A DNA stretch of 64,000 nucleotides from Lentisphaerales bacterium (GTDB taxonomy: Bacteria > Verrucomicrobiota > Kiritimatiellia > SPBP01), in NCBI GenBank assembly GCA_032123355.1, contig JAQBFM010000100.1, positions 3,944-67,943 of the forward strand. The letters are read 5' to 3'. The notes beneath the pieces are model-generated. The model was not told where the DNA came from. It made no database searches and saw only the letters and a list, made by a program, of their open reading frames with translations. Both the position numbers and the translations under genes were made by a program. Of this stretch, positions 57,140-64,000 are shown piece after piece; the stretch's first letter is position 1, and each line of letters starts with the position of its first letter.

Positions 57140-57847
57140 TCATGCCACGTCAAGTGTTGCGTTGAGACCGGCACCATTTTCGACAACAAGATGCTTCCCA
57201 CAGACCTTGCCAAGCAGGTGACCTGTCGAACGGATCATGACGATGCCGGAGGCAACTATACTCGCTGAGAGCTTACCGGCAACATCGATATTGCGGAATC
57301 TTATCTCTGTTTCGAATGATAGGCTTGCATCGTCTCTCACAATCAAGTCCCTGGCATCAACCACTTCCGGCTTGAACCGCCCACCGGCGCGCGCTTCAAG
57401 CCGCCCGATCACCTGTGTCTTTCCCCCTTCTATGCTGCCGGCAAGAATAACGTTCCCAGCGACGATCTTTCCCCCACCGACAACGCCTTTCTCCGTTATG
57501 TGGACAGTGCCGATAGTCTTGATATTCCCAGCCCATCGCTTGTCCAGACTGTATTCAGTGGCAACCAGGGCAGACTTGCATTTCGGGCAGAATGTATCCT
57601 TCAGAAGCCCTGTAATCACAAACCCGTATCTGCATTCGTAGCACTCGACATTGTGTCGCGTCGGCTGCGTGGTATGGTCGATCCTGGTTTTCGGGGAGCG
57701 AGCTGGTTCGGGCTTGGGTTTTGAGGATGCTTCGCCCGCCTTTTGCGTCGTCGTCTTGGGGCTCTTACCAGAGGTAACGGCACGCTGCGCCGCCTTCATC
57801 GTGGTAAAACCGTCGACGATGTCGTTCTTGCTCCGCCGTTTAGCCAT
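57140..57847 (-). CDS. Bactofilin-domain protein with N-terminal Lys/Pro-rich disordered region and a CxxC...CxxC zinc ribbon
   Basis: Start MAKRRSKN...; zinc ribbon CYECRYGF...CPKCKS; beta-helical bactofilin repeats (GNVILAGSIEGG, IVASGIVMI). The longer ORF upstream overlaps the next gene. Confidence 0.55.
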   Translation of the reverse strand: MAKRRSKNDIVDGFTTMKAAQRAVTSGKSPKTTTQKAGEASSKPKPEPARSPKTRIDHTTQPTRHNVECYECRYGFVITGLLKDTFCPKCKSALVATEYSLDKRWAGNIKTIGTVHITEKGVVGGGKIVAGNVILAGSIEGGKTQVIGRLEARAGGRFKPEVVDARDLIVRDDASLSFETEIRFRNIDVAGKLSASIVASGIVMIRSTGHLLGKVCGKHLVVENGAGLNATLDVA

Positions 57848-57968
57848 CTGGCTTCCTTCCCGGGCGGTGCACAACTGCGACCGTACTACTGTTCTGCAGG
57901 ACGCTATGCACCTTTCGGTTCGCGCGACGTCCTGGAGCGACACGCGGACAGACCCCGGACTCCATAGG

Positions 57969-58418
57969 TCAGCGTCGACCCAGAAGGCCGGATCGCCCTT
58001 TCTCGGAGCCTTTGTCAGAATCCAACTCCGCTTCGGCGGAATGCTCGACTGCAGGCTCTGGCGTCGCGCGCGCCCCGGAAACACCGGACGGGTTCACTTC
58101 GGCCTTACCCACGAAACTCACGCCGTCCTCAACAGCAAGGCGCTTGGCTTTGACGTCGCCATTAATCCGGGCTGCTGCTTTCAACTCAATCCGGTCTTTC
58201 GCGACTATATTCCCCATCACTTGCCCCTGGATAGATGCGCAGTTGACCGACAGGTTGCCTTTGATGTTGGCGTTCTTGCCGACGATCACATCGCTGCTGC
58301 AGATGAGATCACCGTTGAGTTTTCCGTCAATACGAAAAGCGTTTGCAGCTTTTATTGTGCCGACAATCTCGACATCTTCCGTGATGATTGTCTGCACGGC
58401 ACCACCCTGGCTATCCAT
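57969..58418 (-). CDS. Bactofilin (canonical, ~149 aa)
   Basis: MDSQGG..TIITEDVEIVGTIKA..FRIDGKLNGDL bactofilin signature, then a Ser/Glu-rich tail. Confidence 0.75.
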   Translation of the reverse strand: MDSQGGAVQTIITEDVEIVGTIKAANAFRIDGKLNGDLICSSDVIVGKNANIKGNLSVNCASIQGQVMGNIVAKDRIELKAAARINGDVKAKRLAVEDGVSFVGKAEVNPSGVSGARATPEPAVEHSAEAELDSDKGSEKGRSGLLGRR

Positions 58419-58460
58419 TGTATACCTCCTTAGTTCGTTGCGCTTGCACTGGAATAAACA

Positions 58461-59528
58461 TTACGGATACTGGCCCGGCCTATCCAGGCCCATCGTTTCG
58501 GGAAGGCCGAACAGAAGATTCATATTCTGAAGGGCGTTGCCGGCCTGCCCCTTGACAAGATTATCGATGTACGAAACAACCCGCATTATGTTTGTCCGTG
58601 GGTCAACACTGACCACGAGACTGCAGCAATTCGTTCCCCTGACGTCGGATGAACTTGCAGCCACATCACTGCGGGACACCTTCACGAACGCGTCATCGGC
58701 ATAGCGGTTGCAGTAGAGCTCGAACAGCCGGTCTTCAGTGAGATCTTTTGTCAGCTTGCCGTAGAGCGTCGACATGATGCCACGGCAAACGGGTACAACC
58801 TGCGCCGTGAAAGTGATCTTCGTCTCAGCATTGCACAAGAGACCCAATTCGCGTTCGATCTCACAGACGTGCTGGTGACCCGACAGCCTGTAGGCATTCA
58901 TTGTCTGGTACCTTGCGGGATAGTGGAAAGCCGCGGCCGGCTTCTTGCCGGCTCCAGACACACCGGTCTTGCAGTCGCAGATCATGGTGCCGGGTTCGAG
59001 CAACGCCTGCTCAACTGCAGGTGCCAGACCCAATATGCAACTCACGGCGAAACATCCCGGATTCCCAACCAGCCGCCGATCTTGTGTGATGTCATCCCTG
59101 TGCAATTCCGCGAGGCCGTAAACACTGGTTGGAAGCAGATCGGGCGAAACGTGGTCGACGGGACGGCCGATCCTTCGGGCGTATTCAGCGTAGCTTTCCC
59201 TCGAATTGAACCGAAAATCGCCGCTGTAATCTATCACCTTAGCGCCGCTTTCAAGGATGTTCCCCGCCAGTTTCATCCCAACTCCATCCGGTGTCGCCAG
59301 AAACACCACGTCTACAGGTTCCGCTGCTACGGGATCCGAAGGATCAATGATGGGCATATCGCAATGCCCCCGAAGATGAAGATATATGTCGCTTATCGGC
59401 TTGCCAATGTCTGCCACATCAACGAGACACGCTATTTCTGCCTCGGGGTGACCCAAAAGCAGTTCCGTCATGCCGACGCCGCCGTATCCGCCGGCACCTA
59501 TTATCTTTGCCCTGATCATCTTGCGCAC
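58461..59528 (-). CDS. argC: N-acetyl-gamma-glutamyl-phosphate reductase
   Basis: Rossmann IIGAGGYGG N-terminus and catalytic Cys in GNPGCF. Confidence 0.9.
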   Translation of the reverse strand: MRKMIRAKIIGAGGYGGVGMTELLLGHPEAEIACLVDVADIGKPISDIYLHLRGHCDMPIIDPSDPVAAEPVDVVFLATPDGVGMKLAGNILESGAKVIDYSGDFRFNSRESYAEYARRIGRPVDHVSPDLLPTSVYGLAELHRDDITQDRRLVGNPGCFAVSCILGLAPAVEQALLEPGTMICDCKTGVSGAGKKPAAAFHYPARYQTMNAYRLSGHQHVCEIERELGLLCNAETKITFTAQVVPVCRGIMSTLYGKLTKDLTEDRLFELYCNRYADDAFVKVSRSDVAASSSDVRGTNCCSLVVSVDPRTNIMRVVSYIDNLVKGQAGNALQNMNLLFGLPETMGLDRPGQYP

Positions 59529-59678
59529 CTCGCAGCCTTCCCATCAACACATCCGGACTCGTTCAACAAGCATCCGGACGAAGGCGGAAATCCATCCGCC
59601 CTTCATGAATCGACACTCTAGCAGACGAGTCGGGTTTTGTGAAGGCCAAACCGCATGCGAAGAGCGGCCTGCGAAGTG

Positions 59679-60677
59679 CTACCGTGCCGCCCTGTCTAGA
59701 ATGGAGTGAGCCCTCCTCACGCGCTCCAGGTAGATGAGGATTCCCCTTGTAAGGCCTTCGGCAATCTTGTCGGCATACGAAGGGTCGAGCAGCTTGGCCT
59801 CCTGCCGGTCATTCGACAGGAACCCGCATTCGATAAGCACAGCAGGACACGGCGCATCTCGAAGCACCTGGAATCGGGCTCTCTTTATGCCGCGGTCCGC
59901 GCTGTTGGCATTGAGCATTAACCCTTTGTGCACGTAGTAGCCCAGCACTGTATTGGCGGCATCGTTTCTGTTGCCAGCATACATTCTCCGGTCAGTCCTG
60001 GAAGATGTTGTCCCGGCACAACCGCTCGCCGTCAGAACATAGGTCTCAATCCCGTTAACGGAAGGATCCCCAGCAGAATTGAGATGAATGCTCACGAACA
60101 GGTCCGCCTTGGCCTTTCGTGCGATATTTGAACGATCGGCGAGAGAAAGCGTGGTATCATCTGCCCTCGTCATCTGCACGGAGACACCGGCCGCTTCGAG
60201 CATCTTCTCGGCAGCACTGGCAATTCTCAGAACGATCTTCTTCTCCTGCGTGCCACCCTTGCTGGCCGCGCCCTCATCGCGTCCGCCATGGCCGGGATCG
60301 AGGACTACTTTGCGGAAGCCTTCGTTGCAGAGGGCGTTATCCGCCCTCAGCAGCGGATCTAGAATGCACGAGACATCTTCGGGTTGGATTGAAAACCCGT
60401 TGCGCCGTTCCTCCATCAGTTCCCCGTGCATCCATATGAGTGCGCCGTTGAAAAGAAGTTTGCGACTGCCGACCTGAAAGGTCATCGTAGCAAACTCGTT
60501 TTCGAGAGTAACGTACTTGCCACTGGCACGAGGAGCCCGGAACCCGTAAAACTCTGCGCACTCCCGAAGATGACCCCGGGGAAGTCTGACTTCGGCAGCA
60601 ACATCGGGACACGCAGAAATGGACGCCGCGGCCGCAAGCGCTGCTGTAATGATTATTCCTGTCCGGGCAAGTTTCAC
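59679..60677 (-). CDS. N-acetylmuramoyl-L-alanine amidase (Amidase_3 family, AmiC-like), secreted
   Basis: Amidase_3 core VVLDPGHGGRD...SIHLN. Probable GTG start at 60677 preceded by GGAGGGG, with signal peptide VKLARTGIIITAALAAAASISA. The ATG-initiated ORF adds 57 non-signal residues. Confidence 0.7.
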   Translation of the reverse strand: MKLARTGIIITAALAAAASISACPDVAAEVRLPRGHLRECAEFYGFRAPRASGKYVTLENEFATMTFQVGSRKLLFNGALIWMHGELMEERRNGFSIQPEDVSCILDPLLRADNALCNEGFRKVVLDPGHGGRDEGAASKGGTQEKKIVLRIASAAEKMLEAAGVSVQMTRADDTTLSLADRSNIARKAKADLFVSIHLNSAGDPSVNGIETYVLTASGCAGTTSSRTDRRMYAGNRNDAANTVLGYYVHKGLMLNANSADRGIKRARFQVLRDAPCPAVLIECGFLSNDRQEAKLLDPSYADKIAEGLTRGILIYLERVRRAHSILDRAAR

Positions 60678-60902
60678 CAGCCAACCCCTCCCCGAAGAAC
60701 CGAGACCGTACCTCGACCATTCTACATGCCGCGCGATTGCAGTTCCAAGATTCAATCGCCAGACGAAAGGGATTCTTGGCGTGCTGTATTGCGGGATTCT
60801 CCTTTTTCGATTGACATTTCGCCGCGTCAAACCGTAGGCTTCGGACACAATCTGCCAAGAATGGCCAGGTTTGCGGAATCGAACCGCCGGGAGAGACCGA
60901 AT

Positions 60903-62312
60903 ATGAGCGAGATGTCACTCGAGCAGGCACCGCAGAAGATACGGGATACATTCAATAAGGGGCTCGGGGCTCTCGAGCGGGGAAGCATAGACCTTGCCAT
61001 TGAGATGTTCTTGTCGTGTCTCGATATGGAGCCCAATCTCCTGGACGTTCGGAAGTTCCTGAGGGCTGCCGAGATAAAGAAGTTCAAGGCCTCGAAGAAA
61101 GGACTCCTCTCACATGTCCTTTCTACCATCGCCGGGTTCCCCATCTACACTAAGACCATTCTGGCAATAAGGGGGGGGAAAGGCGATCAGGCCGTGCGTA
61201 TCGGCGAAGATCTGCTCAAGAAGGACCCGCTCAACATAAAATTCATCCTGGCGTTCTGCCGCGCCGCCATCTTGGCGAAACGGCCGGAAGTCGCCATTCA
61301 AACGCTTGAAATGGCGCGCGATTCGTTTCCGAGCAATGTTCGACTCCTGGGCGAACTCGGACGGCTCTACCTGCAACTCAACAGAATCGGCGACGCGCGG
61401 GAGTGTTTTGAACTTGTTGTGAATCTCAAGCCGAACGACGGCGCGGCTCTCAAGGCACTGAAGGACTCCATGGCGCTTGAGAGCATGGCCAAAGACGGAT
61501 GGGACGAGGCGGCCGGGTCAAAGGAAGAAGGCTCTTTTCGGAAGATGCTCAAAGACACGAAGGAGGCTGGCGTTCTTGAGGCTGAGTCGAAAGCCGTCAG
61601 GACCACTAGGGATACCGAAGCACTGATTGAGGAATCACTGGCAAAAATAGAGCGCGAGCCCGACAACATCAATTACTACCGGTCGCTTGCAAACTTTTAC
61701 GCCACCCTGAAAAGGTATGATGAGGCCATAGCCACGCTCAAGAAAGCACAGGAGGTGCGAGGGGCAATGGACCCCGAGGTGGACGCTACTCTGACGACAA
61801 TAAAGCTTGATCAGTTCGACGACGAAGCGGCCCAGCTCGATGCGGCAGGTGACAGCACCGGAGCCGAAGCCAAGCGGCTGGAACGATCGAATTTCTATTT
61901 TGATAATATTCAAGACAGGGTGCACCGGTATCCAAACGACCTCCACCTGCGATATGAATTCGGGGTCGCGCTCTTTGACAATGACTATTTCACCGAGGCG
62001 ATCCAGCAGTTCCAGCTTTCGCAGCGAAATCCGCGACATCGTTCCAGATCGCTTTACTATATGGGGCTCTGCTTCAAGGCAAAGGGTCAACACGATCTCG
62101 CAATCCAGCAGCTCGCCAATGCAATGAGCGAAGTGCTCTCGATGGACGCAACGAAGAAGGATATATGCTATCAGCTCGGTATCCTTCACGAAGAGCTGAA
62201 CAAACCGGCCGAAGCGGTGGAGTACTTCAAGCAGATATACCAGGTCGATATCGTCTATAAGGACGTCGCCCAGAAGGTCGAACAGCTCTACGCAAAGATC
62301 CGCGGCGAATGA
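60903..62312 (+). CDS. TPR-like repeat protein (~469 aa)
   Basis: Start MSEMSLEQ... chosen inside the longer ORF; tandem TPR-like helical repeats throughout. Confidence 0.6.
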   Translation: MSEMSLEQAPQKIRDTFNKGLGALERGSIDLAIEMFLSCLDMEPNLLDVRKFLRAAEIKKFKASKKGLLSHVLSTIAGFPIYTKTILAIRGGKGDQAVRIGEDLLKKDPLNIKFILAFCRAAILAKRPEVAIQTLEMARDSFPSNVRLLGELGRLYLQLNRIGDARECFELVVNLKPNDGAALKALKDSMALESMAKDGWDEAAGSKEEGSFRKMLKDTKEAGVLEAESKAVRTTRDTEALIEESLAKIEREPDNINYYRSLANFYATLKRYDEAIATLKKAQEVRGAMDPEVDATLTTIKLDQFDDEAAQLDAAGDSTGAEAKRLERSNFYFDNIQDRVHRYPNDLHLRYEFGVALFDNDYFTEAIQQFQLSQRNPRHRSRSLYYMGLCFKAKGQHDLAIQQLANAMSEVLSMDATKKDICYQLGILHEELNKPAEAVEYFKQIYQVDIVYKDVAQKVEQLYAKIRGE

Positions 62313-62352
62313 TGTTCGCGGGCGCGTATCGGCGACAAGGATTCCCTCTGAC

Positions 62353-63165
62353 ATGACGATTTCCGAGAAAGACCGAACGCGTCTCGCCGGCATCCGCATC
62401 CTGTTTGCAGACATAGACGACACAATTTCCACCTCCGGAAAAATAGAGACGCAGGCTTATGCCGCCATGTGGCGTGCTCGGAACGAGGGGCTGGACGTGG
62501 TTCCAGTGACAGGCAGGCCAGCCGGATGGTGTGATCATATCGCGAGAATGTGGCCGGTGTCTGCAGTCATCGGAGAGAACGGCGGATTGTACTTTAGAAT
62601 GGTGCCTGGCGGCATGGAGAAGGTCTACATGCATGATGCGGAGACAAGAGCGGATTTCCGGGCCAGGCTTCAGAACATCCGCGAGGAGATCCTGCATTCG
62701 GTACCCGGTTCGGCAATTGCCTCGGACCAGCAGTACAGGGAATATGACCTAGCAATCGACTACTGCGAAGATGTTCCGCCACTTGCTGATGCTGACGTGG
62801 AACAGATCGTTTCGATATTCAGGAAACACGGGGCAAATGCGAAGACAAGTTCGATTCATGTGAACGGGTGGTTCGGCGATTTCGACAAGCTGACAATGGT
62901 GCGGAGATTCGCGGGAGAAGCCTACGGACTGGACCTCAACACCCAAAAGGAATCGGCAACGTTTGTGGGCGATTCACCTAACGATGAGCCATTGTTCGGA
63001 TTCTTCCCTTTGTCCTTCGGCGTTGCTAATGTTGCGCGGTTCCTTGAGAGCATGGATAACCCTCCCGCATTTGTGACGGAAGAGCGGTGCGGTGCCGGTT
63101 TTGCAGAACTCGTGAACACCGTTCTGTCAGCGCGTCAATCGCAACACAGCAACCCGGGCAGGTAG
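62353..63165 (+). CDS. HAD-superfamily (HAD-IIB/Cof-type) phosphatase
   Basis: Motif I DIDDT in ILFADIDDTIS, motif II T (VTGR), motifs III/IV K...GDSPNDEP. Confidence 0.65.
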   Translation: MTISEKDRTRLAGIRILFADIDDTISTSGKIETQAYAAMWRARNEGLDVVPVTGRPAGWCDHIARMWPVSAVIGENGGLYFRMVPGGMEKVYMHDAETRADFRARLQNIREEILHSVPGSAIASDQQYREYDLAIDYCEDVPPLADADVEQIVSIFRKHGANAKTSSIHVNGWFGDFDKLTMVRRFAGEAYGLDLNTQKESATFVGDSPNDEPLFGFFPLSFGVANVARFLESMDNPPAFVTEERCGAGFAELVNTVLSARQSQHSNPGR

Positions 63166-63195
63166 ACACTCCTTGCGCAGGTCTCGGAGGATGTA

Positions 63196-63831
63196 ATGAA
63201 CAAGAGGACATACAGTCTGCACGTGGTCACGTTCCTGACGGTCGTGCGTATTCCGCTTGTGCTGGCGTTCTTTGTGTCTGCGCTTGTCAATTCGGTCAGG
63301 CCACCCGGCGGATCGTGGCTTTTCGCAGTGGCCCTCGTGAGTCTTATCCTTTCGGCAGCAACCGACCTGGTGGATGGATGGCTTGCCCGAAAGCTCAATG
63401 TGACATCGCAATTCGGTGCGCACGCGGATCCTTTCTGCGACAAGGTCTTCTATCTCGCGGCTCTTCCCCTGCTGGTCTTCCTTGCCTCCCGGAACGGACA
63501 TACTGTCCATTCGGTTGTGCTGCTGTTTTTCACGCTGTTCTTCCTGCTGCGAGATCAATGGATAAGCTTCCTTCGCGCCATAGGCTCGCCTCACGGCATA
63601 TCCCCTGCGGCAAACTGGAGCGGCAAGGCTAGAACACTGTTGAGTTTCCCGTTGGTCTGTCTGATCTACCTTGTTGAGGAATCCGGGCTGTTTGCGGAGG
63701 TGCCGTCGTTCATCTATGTGCTTGAGACTCTCGGGTTCGCAATCAACCTGGTCTCAATCTATGTCTACACTATTCGTTTCTGGCCGGCACTTCGAAAATC
63801 GGCCGGTTTCGACGCAGCGCCACCGAACTGA
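63196..63831 (+). CDS. CDP-alcohol phosphatidyltransferase family protein
   Basis: Exact family signature D-x2-DG-x2-AR-x8-G-x3-D-x3-D in DLVDGWLARKLNVTSQFGAHADPFCD; multiple TM helices. Confidence 0.85.
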   Translation: MNKRTYSLHVVTFLTVVRIPLVLAFFVSALVNSVRPPGGSWLFAVALVSLILSAATDLVDGWLARKLNVTSQFGAHADPFCDKVFYLAALPLLVFLASRNGHTVHSVVLLFFTLFFLLRDQWISFLRAIGSPHGISPAANWSGKARTLLSFPLVCLIYLVEESGLFAEVPSFIYVLETLGFAINLVSIYVYTIRFWPALRKSAGFDAAPPN

Positions 63832-63845
63832 CGTCCGGAGCGAGG

Positions 63846-64000
63846 TCAGTCGATAGAGACCAGTCGGACGCGGGTTATTTTTGAATCGTTGAGTGGGTTG
63901 ATGTCACGAATACCTGCCGCACTTGCCTCTGAGCGTATTTCAATAAAGCCGGCCTTCTCGATCTCGGTCCGATCCAGTTTGAAGGTATAGCCCACTGTCT
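63846..64000 (-). CDS. 3' end of a minus-strand CDS of unknown function (continues beyond window end)
   Basis: Open frame ...GYTFKLDRTEIEKAGFIEIRSEASAAGIRDINPLNDSKITRVRLVSID ending in TGA at 63846-63848. Confidence 0.3.
   Translation of the reverse strand, partial: TVGYTFKLDRTEIEKAGFIEIRSEASAAGIRDINPLNDSKITRVRLVSID

Noticed and set aside
56183-57140. parS site near parB
   Set aside because: I looked for TGTTTCACGTGAAACA-like palindromes around parB and at the CACGTG occurrences I could spot by eye, and found no convincing match. This needs a computational scan before any claim.
1-64000. CRISPR arrays, tRNA or rRNA genes
   Set aside because: No regularly spaced direct repeats, no tRNA-like cloverleaf candidates in intergenic gaps, and no rRNA-like conserved stretches were recognised. 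The absence is not proven without tRNAscan/Infernal.

Overview
High-GC (~60%) bacterial chromosomal segment with dense coding, read from the six-frame track and by eye. The gene content (PEGA-repeat protein, FHA protein, prepilin-type pseudopilin, many TPR proteins, bactofilins, prenyltransferase/squalene-oxidase-repeat membrane proteins) suggests a PVC-group (Planctomycetota/Verrucomicrobiota-like) or related organism, but this taxonomic placement is an inference. Most of the window is conserved housekeeping in long same-strand arrays: yicC-gmk-coaC, prfB with its programmed +1 frameshift, lnt, secA, ispD, rimO, ftsK, cdaA-cdaR, folP, ftsH, tilS, serS, mutL, argC, parB, nfnAB-like, mscS. The accessory-looking part is 35.5-47.3 kb: an exbB-exbD-exbD cluster with an upstream giant TPR protein and a secreted protein, followed on the same strand by a membrane-anchored prenyltransferase/squalene-oxidase-repeat (alpha/alpha-toroid) protein that has a TonB-like layout. 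A ~85-90% identical paralog of that protein lies inverted 8.7 kb away, so the two copies bracket the ExbBD/TPR genes, an orphan pseudopilin gene, a decayed segment of frame-broken ORFs and a small secreted protein. Other notable items are a bactofilin-bactofilin-parB gene array with no parA in the window, a 44-bp perfect palindrome between the rodZ-like gene and rimO, and a 304-bp AT-richer element flanked by perfect 16-bp GT-rich inverted repeats upstream of mutL. A Cys-rich acidic protein is translationally coupled to rimO. A TPR-HAD phosphatase-CDP-alcohol phosphatidyltransferase trio sits at the end of the window. No rRNA, tRNA or CRISPR array was found. All domain calls come from motif recognition in the translated ORFs; no searches were run.
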